A stretch of DNA of 64,000 nucleotides, from the NCBI GenBank assembly GCA_965202625.1, contig CBDBBI010000010.1, positions 1,184,001 to 1,248,000 of the forward strand, in the 5' to 3' direction. The position numbers and the translations under genes were made by a program. Origin of the DNA: a bacterium (GTDB taxonomy: Bacteria > UBA8248). Positions 1-8,669 of the stretch are shown here, in pieces (positions within the stretch are counted from its first letter, which is position 1; each line of letters starts with the position of its first letter). The notes below the pieces were generated by a model. It did not search any database and was not told the DNA's origin. It was given only the letters and a program-made list of their open reading frames with translations.

Positions 1-1872
1 AAACAGGAATTCGGCGAGCGCGCGAGCGAGCTCCGTCTTTCCCACACCGGTGGGGCCCAAGAAGATGAACGAGCCGATGGGCCGGTTCTCATCCATGACG
101 CCTGCGCGGGCGCGGCGCACGGCTTCGGCCAGGGCCTCCACCGCTCGATCCTGGCCCACGACGCGCTTGTGAATGTTCTCCTCCATGCGCAGGAGTTTCT
201 CCCGCTCCGTCTCGAGCAATCTGCTCACGTTGACGCCCGTCCAGCGACTCACGACGGCGGCCACATCGTCCTCGCCGATCTCCTCTTTCAGCATCCGGCC
301 ATCGGCCCCTCTTTGAAGACTCTCCTCCGCCTCCGCCATCTCCTTTTGGGAGGCTATCATCTCGCCATAGCGCAGTTCCGCCGCCCGACCCAGATCCCCC
401 TCGCGCTCCGCGCGCTGGGCCTGCGCCTTGATTTCCTCGACGTGCTCCTTGAGTTCGCGCACTCGGGAGATGGCCTTCTTCTCCTCCGCCCATTGGTTGC
501 GCTGCTCTTTGCTCTGCGCATCCAGCGCGGAGATGCGCTCCCGTATGTGCGCCAGACGCTCCTGGCTGCCCTCCTCCTCCTCTAGGGCGCGCTCCTCAAT
601 CCGCAGGCGAAGCAGCTCGCGTTCTTGGCGATCGATCTCCTTGGGCAGGCTGTCGAGTTCAAGGCGCCGACCGCTCGCGGCCTCGTCGATCAGGTCGATG
701 GCCTTGTCCGGCAGATGGCGATCGCTGATGTAGCGATGCGCGAGGGAGGCGGCGGCGACCAGAGCGTTGTCCAGAATGCGGACGCCGTGGTGAATCTCAT
801 ACCTCTCCTTGAGACCGCGCAAAATGGAGACCGTATCCTCCATGCTGGGCTCATCGACCATGACGGGCTGAAAACGCCGCTCAAGCGCCGCGTCCTTCTC
901 AATGTGCTTTCGATATTCGTTGATCGTGGTGGCGCCCACGCAATGCAGCTCTCCACGGGCGAGCGCGGGCTTGAGCAGATTGGAGGCGTCGATCGCCCCC
1001 TCGGCAGCTCCGGCGCCCACGACGGTGTGCAGCTCGTCGATGAAGAGGACGATCTCGCCCGACGCCTCGCTCACCTCCTTGAGCACGGCCTTCAATCTGT
1101 CTTCAAACTCGCCTCTGAACTTTGAACCCGCGACGAGAGAGCCGACGTCGAGGCTGAGCAGGCGTTTACCCTTCAAACCCTCCGGCACGTCGCCGTTCAC
1201 GATGCGCTGGGCCAGGCCCTCCACGACGGCGGTCTTGCCCACGCCTGGATCTCCAATGAGCACCGGATTGTTCTTCGATCGCCGGGAGAGCACCTGCATG
1301 ACGCGCCTGATCTCCTCGTCTCGGCCCACTACGGGGTCGAGCTTGCCGGATTGGGCCTGCGCGGTGAGATCGATCGCGAAACGCTCCAGTGCCTGATAAC
1401 GGCTCTCCGCATCCTGATCGGTGACCCTCTGGTTTCCCCGGACATCCTTGAGCGCGGTGAGCACTACCTCTCGGTCGAGGCCGGCGGCGCGCAGGAGTTT
1501 CACGACCTCGGCACCACCCCTATCCAACGCGGCCAGAAACAGGTGCTCCCCGCTCACGTAGGAGTCCGCCATGGCCTTCGCTTCGCTCTGAGCCGCCTGG
1601 AAAAGCGCCGCCAACTCAGGGGTGACGTATGAGGGCGCGCCGTTTCCCGCAACTTTCGGAAGCCGCGCCAAACTCTCCTCAAGGCTTCGATTCAACGCGC
1701 GGGAGTCCACGCTGGCCTTCTCGAGAATGGGCGCCAGCACGCCCTCCGGCTGATCCAGCAGGGATAGAAGCAGGTGCGCGGGCGCGACACCTTGATGCCC
1801 CCTCAAACGCGCCAACTCCTCGGCATGCTGAAGGGCTTCCTGCGTCTTGTGGGTGAAATACTGAAAATTCAT
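1..1872 (-). CDS. clpB: ATP-dependent chaperone ClpB (5' portion; runs off the window start)
   Basis: Not in the ORF track. Manual translation from ATG at 1872 gives [21 protein letters not shown]. Contains [15 protein letters not shown] (Walker A of NBD1), a coiled-coil middle domain, and [28 protein letters not shown] (NBD2) at the window edge. Confidence 0.96.
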   Translation of the reverse strand, partial: MNFQYFTHKTQEALQHAEELARLRGHQGVAPAHLLLSLLDQPEGVLAPILEKASVDSRALNRSLEESLARLPKVAGNGAPSYVTPELAALFQAAQSEAKAMADSYVSGEHLFLAALDRGGAEVVKLLRAAGLDREVVLTALKDVRGNQRVTDQDAESRYQALERFAIDLTAQAQSGKLDPVVGRDEEIRRVMQVLSRRSKNNPVLIGDPGVGKTAVVEGLAQRIVNGDVPEGLKGKRLLSLDVGSLVAGSKFRGEFEDRLKAVLKEVSEASGEIVLFIDELHTVVGAGAAEGAIDASNLLKPALARGELHCVGATTINEYRKHIEKDAALERRFQPVMVDEPSMEDTVSILRGLKERYEIHHGVRILDNALVAAASLAHRYISDRHLPDKAIDLIDEAASGRRLELDSLPKEIDRQERELLRLRIEERALEEEEGSQERLAHIRERISALDAQSKEQRNQWAEEKKAISRVRELKEHVEEIKAQAQRAEREGDLGRAAELRYGEMIASQKEMAEAEESLQRGADGRMLKEEIGEDDVAAVVSRWTGVNVSRLLETEREKLLRMEENIHKRVVGQDRAVEALAEAVRRARAGVMDENRPIGSFIFLGPTGVGKTELARALAEFLF

Positions 1873-1982
1873 GAAAATTCGCTCCTCATTCGAAATTTTC
1901 GCTAAATTTCGATAAATTCATCGGCACGAAAAGCCCCATCCATGCCGACTAAGCAGGCGGCCGCGGCCCTTGACGCACATTA

Positions 1983-2011
1983 AATATATTATCTTAGTCT
2001 CTTTTTGTCAA
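1983..2011 (-). promoter_or_regulatory. sigma70-type promoter of clpB
   Basis: Minus strand reads TTGACA-N17-TATATT, about 110 bp upstream of the clpB ATG. Confidence 0.65.
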
Positions 2012-2238
2012 ATTTTATTGCAATAAATTCACGCAATTTTTTATCCACCCTCGAAAATACGCGCACCCTTGGCTCCCAGGCGGGAAAATCAAGGAGCCAT
2101 AAAAAACCACATCGTAAAGCTCAAATGCGACCATCCCTTTGCAAACGGCGCAAACACAGAGTAGTATTATTCATACGCAAGCGCGGCATGCGTAGAATTC
2201 AATCCCCACCACCAAGGTTTTCTGAGGAGAAACGACCG

Positions 2239-2622
2239 ATGTCGGATGGAGCGATTACGCTATTCGATCAATCGCAAAAAAAACCGCAAGCCCTTGAAGA
2301 CGTCATGGTTACCCCGACCGCCAACGAAAAGGTGCGCGAGATTCTGGAGGCGGAAGGAAAAACCGGCCACGGTCTTCGGCTGACCGTCACGGCCGGAGGG
2401 TGCTCCGGATATAACTACGGCCTTTACTTTGAGGAATCCGCCAACCCGGAGGACAAGGTGTTCTCCGCCGATGGGTTCGACGTATTCGTCGACCCTCGGA
2501 GCTATCCCATCATCGCAGGAACAGAAATCGACTTTGTCGATTCCCTGCAAGGCTCGGGCTTCAAGATCAACAACCCCAACGCCATGAGCATGTGCGGCTG
2601 CGGCAAATCGTTCACCACGTGA
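2239..2622 (+). CDS. A-type Fe-S cluster carrier (IscA/ErpA/HesB family)
   Basis: GGCSG and CGCGKSF motifs, plus DFVDSLQGSGFKINNPNA. GAGGAG SD precedes ATG 2239, so the ORF-track start at 2005 is too long. Confidence 0.93.
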   Translation: MSDGAITLFDQSQKKPQALEDVMVTPTANEKVREILEAEGKTGHGLRLTVTAGGCSGYNYGLYFEESANPEDKVFSADGFDVFVDPRSYPIIAGTEIDFVDSLQGSGFKINNPNAMSMCGCGKSFTT

Positions 2623-2638
2623 TGAAGCAACCTCGCAG

Positions 2639-2671
2639 AAGCCCCGGTTTTTATGGCCCCGGGGCTTTTTT
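2639..2671 (+). terminator. Rho-independent terminator
   Basis: AAGCCCCGG...CCGGGGCTT stem followed by a T-run, just after the Fe-S carrier stop. Confidence 0.7.
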
Positions 2672-2695
2672 CACGCCAAGACGAAAGAGAGCGTC

Positions 2696-4150
2696 TTGAT
2701 TCAAAACCATCGAGCGTCTGAGTGGAAATCGCCCGGGGCCGTCGTCCTTATCTCCTGTTATGAACAGGGGCGTCAGCCGCTCGCTCTCGCCTCACCCTTG
2801 GCCTTTTTACGCGAGGCGGGCTTTCGGCCCTGGGCGATGGACGTGGCTGCGGAGAAGTTCTCCAAAGCGAAAATCTCGAACGCAAAATTCGTCGGCATCA
2901 GCGTGCCGATGCACACGGCGCTCAGGATCGGCATGGAGGTGGCGGCGAGGATACGCGAGACGAATCCAGAGTGCCACATCTGCTTCTATGGTCTCTACGG
3001 CTTTCTCAACCAGGACTGCCTTCTGGAAAACGGCGCGGATTCGGCCATAGGCGGCGAGTTTGAATGGCCGCTTCTCCAGCTCGTCCAAAGGCTGTCCGAA
3101 TCCTCTCACGCCGGAGAAGCGCCTGGCACCGCTACGAGGGAGCGCGCGTCCGGCCCCTATCTTAAAAAGATTCCCCATCTCAAGCCAGAGCGTGCGGAAC
3201 TGCCGGCACTTCAGGCATACGCTCACCTCATAAGGGGGGGGGAGCATTATCCCGCCGGCGCCGTCGAGGCGAGCCGGGGATGCAAACACCTGTGCCTCCA
3301 TTGCCCCATTCCACCGGTTTACGGAGGTCGTTTCTTCATCGTTCCTCAAGAAAGAGTTTTGGAGGACATTGAAGATTTAGCCGCCCGGGGCGCACGCCAC
3401 GTCAGCTTCGCAGATCCAGACTTCCTCAACGGCCCTACCCATGCGCTTCGCGTCACCCGCGCCTTGCGCGAGAGGTTCCCCTCGCTCACTTTCGACTTCA
3501 CTGCCAAGGTGGCACATCTCATCAAGCACAAGCGGCTCTTGCCGCAATTCCGGGAGCATGGATGCGCGTTCTTCATCACCGCGGTTGAATCCCTGAGCGA
3601 CCGCGTGCTCACTCATCTGGACAAAGGCCACACCCGAGAAGACGTCTTCCGCCTCGTCGAGGCGGCGCGGGAAGCGGACCTCTCGATCAGGCCGTCTTTG
3701 GTCGCGTTCACGCCATGGACGAGTGCCGAAGATTATTTCGATCTGCTGGATTTCATCGAGGAGCGCGCCTTAATTGACGAAGTGGACCCCATTCAAATGG
3801 CCATCAGGCTTCTCGTTCCTCCTGGCTCTCATTTGCTTGACGCCGGCCGCATGGAGAAATACGTCAAAACGCTTGACTCCGAGAATTTCATCTACCGTTG
3901 GGAGCATCCGGACGAGAGGATGGATAGACTGCACGAAGAGGCACTCTCGCTCGCCGAGGGCGCGGCCGCACGCTGCGAGGACACAGCCCGCACCTTTTCG
4001 CGCATTCGCAAATTAGCGGCCGACGTTCTGGAGCGTCCCGACCAGGCCGAGGCGAAGGCCGTATTCGCACCCGATCGGGTGCGGCCGCCTCGCTTGAGCG
4101 AATCCTGGTTTTGTTGAGCGGAGCCCACCCAGGGCCAGTTGGCTCTCTAA
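2696..4150 (+). CDS. CUAEP-tail B12-binding radical SAM selenoprotein (UGA at 4115-4117 read as Sec)
   Basis: N-terminal B12-binding-like region, CKHLCLHC radical SAM motif and a C-terminal PRLSESWFC-TGA-AEPTQGQLAL-TAA, which gives the family signature C(U/C)AEP. Confidence 0.85.
4131..4146 (+). promoter_or_regulatory. Candidate SECIS hairpin of the radical SAM gene
   Basis: AGGGCC-agtt-GGCTCT, a 6-bp stem with one G-U pair. The loop starts about 20 nt after the UGA and has G at its second position. Confidence 0.5.
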
Positions 4151-4172
4151 GTCGTCAGGCAAAGCGCGTCGC

Positions 4173-4529
4173 TCATCCCAAAACCCTTGCGTAGGTCTCC
4201 TCGTGGAAGCCGACGAGCAGAACGTCCCGATATTTGAGGACTGGTGCTCTGAGTCCGCCGGAACGACCCAGCAAAAGCGCCAGTGCCTCTTCTCGTTCTC
4301 GCGCAGGCTTTTCTTTCTCAAGGTTCACGTGGAGGACCTTCTTCCCCCTGGTCGAATAGATATCCTTGACGCCATCCAAGAGAAAATCGATCCCCGCTTC
4401 ATCCACCGCGCCTTTTTGAGCGCTCACCCGCTCAGCCGCCTCAATACCCTTCGACGCAAGAAACGCTTGCGTTTTGGCGCAGGTCTTTCAGCCCGACCGG
4501 TGATAGTACCAGTCCACCACTCTCGTCAT
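4173..4529 (-). CDS. ArsC/Spx-like thioredoxin-fold selenoprotein (UxxC; UGA at 4488-4490)
   Basis: From ATG 4529 (GGAGGG SD, 6-nt spacer): MTRVVDWYYHRSG-U-KTCAKTQAFL, continuing in frame to LLGRSGGLRAPVLKYRDVLLVGFHEETY. The ORF track captured only the part after the UGA. Confidence 0.85.
4454..4472 (-). promoter_or_regulatory. Candidate SECIS hairpin of the ArsC-like gene
   Basis: Minus strand ACGCAAG-cgttt-CTTGCGT, a perfect 7-bp stem starting 15 nt after the UGA, with GU in the apical loop. Confidence 0.65.
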
Positions 4530-4641
4530 GTCCATCCCTCCCTTTGAAAGTGATAAACCCCTCCCACTCAGACAACCACCGCAACGAGAACGATTCGACG
4601 AGACGCCTCCCTTCGATGCAGGCGCGAATCCTCCCTCACGC

Positions 4642-5355
4642 TCAAAGGTTCATCACGGCGGCGGCGCGCACGGGAGAGCCCGTGCCATCCCGAATCTTCA
4701 GGGGGAGTCCCACGTACAGAAATTCTTTTCCCGCCACCGCTTCAATATTCGCCAGGTTTTCCGTGTTGTGTCTCTGGAGTTCACGGCAAAGCACGTGACA
4801 GGGAAACGTCATCCGCTTGGTGTTCACGCCGGCGTCAATGCTGGGCGCATCCTGGCCGACATTCACGACGCCGCATTCTCGGTAGAGGAAGTTCGCGGCG
4901 TCATACCCCAGCCCCGGATAGGCGGTGAGATAATCGTCCGCGGGATAGGTGCGCTTAAAATGCCCGCCCGTGAAAAGAAACGTCCCATCTCTGGGAGGCG
5001 TCAGGCTCGCCGCTGAAAGCGCATCTTCCAAAAGCCGCAACGATACCTCCTCCATCGGCTCTATCTCGCCTGTAAAATCCAGAGCGATCGCCCTGGTGAT
5101 GAACCACTCGAGCGGCGCCTGATCAATGTTGGGCGCCGCTTCGCGCTCATCAATGTGGCTGACCGAATCGGTATGCGTCGGCCCGTGATCGCACATGTGG
5201 AGCATCATCGCCGCATAGGTGATGTCTTTGGGCTTGATCGGCGCATTCGCCGCGTCCTCGTGCCGGGCGACGTACTCAACCTTCGTCGCTGGATGCCCGG
5301 GAAACCTAGGCGCGTCGGTATAAATATCCTGACTCAGATCAATGATCTCATACAT
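4642..5355 (-). CDS. Cyclase family metal-dependent hydrolase (kynurenine formamidase-like)
   Basis: IIDLSQ start, HGPTHTDSVSH (HxGTHxDxPxH-like), ENLANI and PLKIRDGTGSPVRA. Likely ATG at 5355 after GAGGGG. Confidence 0.9.
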   Translation of the reverse strand: MYEIIDLSQDIYTDAPRFPGHPATKVEYVARHEDAANAPIKPKDITYAAMMLHMCDHGPTHTDSVSHIDEREAAPNIDQAPLEWFITRAIALDFTGEIEPMEEVSLRLLEDALSAASLTPPRDGTFLFTGGHFKRTYPADDYLTAYPGLGYDAANFLYRECGVVNVGQDAPSIDAGVNTKRMTFPCHVLCRELQRHNTENLANIEAVAGKEFLYVGLPLKIRDGTGSPVRAAAVMNL

Positions 5356-5427
5356 GGCTGTCCCCTCGCGAATGATCCGAAAAGCCTCCCTGTGCACATA
5401 CCGAGGCTTCTTCGTCAAACGAGAAAC

Positions 5428-6672
5428 TCAGGCTACTCCGCCTACCGTAACGCCATTGGACACGGGGCATTCCAGGTCAGGCCACACTTTCGTCATGAAC
5501 GTCTCCAACTCATAAATCACCTCTTCCTTGGGACACTGCGCGTAGTGCCAGATCAAGGTGATGAACTCGGAGGGCACCTTCTCGTAGGTCTCCTCCCATT
5601 CGTGCTTGAGCCTGTCCACGGGCCCTCCCAGGAAAATTCCGCTTTCCTTGATGTTTTGAATCCAGTCGATGCTCTCCGTGTCGTCCGGAAATTGGGGGAA
5701 GAAGGGCACGTAGAAATTCTGGTAGATATCCTGATCGTATTTTTTGAGTTTTTCGTCGTATTCCTCCTCGGTATCCGTCACGTGAATCCACCGGCAGACG
5801 CATTGCCGCTCGCCGTGGGCAAAGTTGTGACCCGCCCTGGCCGCCTCCTCCACGTAGAGATGGGAGAATTCCTCCATCTTTTCGAGTTTCGTGAAATATA
5901 CGGGTCGAAACCCATGTCTCGCCGCGAATTTGATGGAATCCGCGCTCGCGCTCACCGCCTGAAAAACGGGTGGATAGGGCGCCTGATACGGCTTGGGAAC
6001 AACGCTCACCCTTCGCACCCTATTGTCGTCGCCAATCTCGCCGATCGCACCGGCGTCCCGGGCACTTACCCAAGCCGGATAATCTATCCCCTCCTCATAG
6101 GGATAGGGAATCTCATAATAATCTCCCTTCACCTCCACGGAATCTTCCTGCCAGAATTTGAGGAGCATCTCGACGCGCTCCTCGAAGATGTCCCGATTCT
6201 TCACGTCGTCGGCACCGCCCAAATCCGAGGAGACGGTGGCCCGGGTATCGCTGAACTGGCCCAAGACGTTCGACCACCTAGACTGATATCCTCTCGCTAC
6301 GCCACAGAAGAATTTCCCCTTGGTGATATGGTCAAGTATGGCCGTTTCCTCGGCCACTCGGATCGGATCTTGCGTCGCCATCACGTAACCAAGCGCGCCG
6401 ACTCTCGCATTTTTGACTTGCGCGGCCCACCAAGCGTTAAGAACCCCCGGATTCGGCCCCACCTCATACCCCTCCGAGTGCAGGTGGTGCTCAATCGTGC
6501 TGACGCCCCACACCCCCATATCATCGGCCGCCTTCACGATGTCGAGCCATTCATGAAGCACGTGATGATACAGATCCTTATTCCGGGCCAAAGGTCTTTT
6601 TCGTTCGCGCTCCTCTCGACTTTCCGTTGGCAGCATGGGATACAGCTGGACGATCACCTTGGGCTTCGCCAT
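5428..6672 (-). CDS. LLM-class flavin-dependent oxidoreductase (luciferase-like monooxygenase)
   Basis: EHHLHSEG, DPIRVAEETAILDHITKGK, GVARGYQ and PKPYQAPYPP motifs. AAGGAG SD before ATG 6672. Confidence 0.9.
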   Translation of the reverse strand: MAKPKVIVQLYPMLPTESREERERKRPLARNKDLYHHVLHEWLDIVKAADDMGVWGVSTIEHHLHSEGYEVGPNPGVLNAWWAAQVKNARVGALGYVMATQDPIRVAEETAILDHITKGKFFCGVARGYQSRWSNVLGQFSDTRATVSSDLGGADDVKNRDIFEERVEMLLKFWQEDSVEVKGDYYEIPYPYEEGIDYPAWVSARDAGAIGEIGDDNRVRRVSVVPKPYQAPYPPVFQAVSASADSIKFAARHGFRPVYFTKLEKMEEFSHLYVEEAARAGHNFAHGERQCVCRWIHVTDTEEEYDEKLKKYDQDIYQNFYVPFFPQFPDDTESIDWIQNIKESGIFLGGPVDRLKHEWEETYEKVPSEFITLIWHYAQCPKEEVIYELETFMTKVWPDLECPVSNGVTVGGVA

Positions 6673-6761
6673 GGTCAGATTCTCCTTCCTCAAAAAGGAT
6701 TCGCTCCTCGCAAGTCTCCGGGCGAACATACCCTCACCCTTTGAACGCTCATGTGCGGCGT

Positions 6762-7277
6762 CTATTTTAGCGAACACATCTTACTTTTCACCTTATGGAG
6801 AAGGGTGGACAGTTTCTCCCTCTCATCGTCCTCCAACTTGTTCATTAGCGCAGCGATGCGCGAATAATAATCGGGGAAAATGGAATGCAGGCTCTCTTTT
6901 CCCTGCAAGGTAAGACGCACGTTCACCTTTCTTCTATCACCTCGGTGGCTGAGGCGCTCGATGAGCCCGTCGCGCTCGAGCCCGTCCATCAACCCCGTCA
7001 TCGTCGCACGGGTAACGCCCGCTTGCGCGGCCAACTCCGATGGACTCAAACCCGAACAGTCGTTTCTCACCTTTGAGCGCAGCAGCAACAACAAAACGAT
7101 AAATCTGCCCTGCGATACGCCATGATCGGCCAGATACGTTTCAAAAGCAGTGAGCATATCGCTACCGACTTGGAGGAAAAGATAAAAAAGCATGACGGAG
7201 GAGGTATCCAAAGAGGAGTATTCCGGCACAAGAGGTCGAAAATCCTCCTCGCTGGGCAACTCTTTCATATAGAACAT
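6762..7277 (-). CDS. MarR family transcriptional regulator
   Basis: LSPSELAAQAGVTRATMTGLMDGLERDGLIER and DRRKVNVRLTLQG winged helix. Confidence 0.93.
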   Translation of the reverse strand: MFYMKELPSEEDFRPLVPEYSSLDTSSVMLFYLFLQVGSDMLTAFETYLADHGVSQGRFIVLLLLLRSKVRNDCSGLSPSELAAQAGVTRATMTGLMDGLERDGLIERLSHRGDRRKVNVRLTLQGKESLHSIFPDYYSRIAALMNKLEDDEREKLSTLLHKVKSKMCSLK

Positions 7278-7301
7278 GGGAGCACCCCAAACCCAAAGTA
7301 T

Positions 7302-7340
7302 TATGGAGCCTGATTATATGGCGCCTTACCATCAAGTCAA
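7302..7340 (-). promoter_or_regulatory. sigma70 promoter of the marR operon with two overlapping candidate operators
   Basis: Minus strand TTGACT-N16-TATAAT (7335-7340 and 7313-7318). Imperfect palindromes TATGGAGCCTGA (7302-7313) and TATGGCGCCTTA (7317-7328). Confidence 0.7.
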
Positions 7341-7798
7341 GGCGTGACCTGCATTGATATTTCAACACAGTTAGAAACAACCGCCCCCAAGACGTCCGAA
7401 TGGCCCGCAGACAAGTGGACGAACCCACTTTCTTGCATCATCCCCGTGCGAAAGTGGGATCTTTCGCGCAAAATTGACGCTCCAGCGATCCGAAAAATCG
7501 GAATCGCCGCGCACGAGACGACGCGGAACAAAACGTGGCGGCGAGCGAACGCGCCAAAGAACGTAAAACCCCGAAAAGGCGAATCCATATCGACGAACAA
7601 AATTATGATGGAGGCCCAAGGATGGTGGCGCATAAAGAAAACCCCTTGGGGTAGAAAAATATCATTGAATGCGATATACTGGGCTCTATGGGCCTTACTA
7701 TCCTCGAAAGGAGGATAGAGTGCAGAAACCCGATTTATGCGACTTGCCACTTCATCCAAGCGGCCAAAACGATTGGATTCTCCAGGAGGAACTCTGAA

Positions 7799-8509
7799 AT
7801 GCGCTCTCAAGACTTCGCTCGCTCGACCGGACAAAGTGTCATCGCGCAAGACGCCGCCGCCTTCATGCAGCGCGTCTATGGATGGATGACGCTGGGGCTC
7901 TTCGTAACGGGCTTTAGTGCGCTTTATGTCGCATCCAGCCCCGCCGCCATTCAGTTCATTTTCGGAAGCTCCATCTCGGTATTTTTGGTCATCGGCGTTC
8001 AACTCGCCTTGGTGTTCTCCATCAGGCCGGTCATGCGCAGACAGGGCTGGCAAACGGGGGCCATTCTATTTTTGCTCTACAGCGCAACGTTGGGCGTCAC
8101 CGTATCCACCCTGCTTCTGCGCTACACGCTTACCTCGGTCGCCCAAGCATTTTTCGTGACGGGAGGCGCGTTCGGCGGATTGACCCTTTTCGCCTTCGCA
8201 ACGAAAAAAGACCTCTCCGGTGTGGGCAATTTCTGCATGGTGGGGCTCATCGGCATTATTCTCGCCAGCGTCGTCAATATTTTTGTAGGCAGTTCCGCCG
8301 TTCATTTCGCCATCAGCGTTTTAGGCGTTCTCATCTTTGCGGGACTGACGGCTTATGACACCCAAAAGATGAAGGAATACGCCTACACCCAGGACACCAA
8401 CAACGAAACGGGCAAGCGCGCCTCCATCATGGCAGCTCTTGAACTCTACCTTGACTTCATCATGATGTTCATTTACCTTACCCAACTTCTAGGTGCATCG
8501 CGCGACTGA
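7799..8509 (+). CDS. Bax inhibitor-1/YccA family membrane protein
   Basis: FMQRVYGWMTLGL, TKKDLS, AYDTQKMK and ALELYLDF motifs, with about 7 TM segments. AGGAGG SD before ATG 7799. Confidence 0.93.
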   Translation: MRSQDFARSTGQSVIAQDAAAFMQRVYGWMTLGLFVTGFSALYVASSPAAIQFIFGSSISVFLVIGVQLALVFSIRPVMRRQGWQTGAILFLLYSATLGVTVSTLLLRYTLTSVAQAFFVTGGAFGGLTLFAFATKKDLSGVGNFCMVGLIGIILASVVNIFVGSSAVHFAISVLGVLIFAGLTAYDTQKMKEYAYTQDTNNETGKRASIMAALELYLDFIMMFIYLTQLLGASRD

Positions 8510-8524
8510 AGATAGGTTTCTTCA

Positions 8525-8557
8525 TAGAAAGCCGGGGGCTTAGTCCCCGGCTTTCTA
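8525..8557. terminator. Terminator-like hairpin
   Basis: TAGAAAGCCGGGG...CCCCGGCTTTCTA, a 13-bp inverted repeat right after the yccA-like stop. Confidence 0.7.
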
Positions 8558-8669
8558 GTTGCCACGGCATATCAGCTTCGCATCTATTCTCTTCCATTTT
8601 CCAAATTGAGCGCTATCGTCAGAAAGCAATAGACAAAACCCCTGTCATCCTTCTGATAGGAGCCTCGCC

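Noticed and set aside
2239-2625. HesB-like selenoprotein
   Set aside because: All three conserved Cys are encoded as Cys. The TGA-TGA comes after the normal C-terminus and is followed by a terminator.
7341-7798. Short ORFs between marR and the yccA-like gene
   Set aside because: Overlapping ORFs on both strands with no motifs or SD. More likely a divergent promoter region or an unrecognisable remnant.
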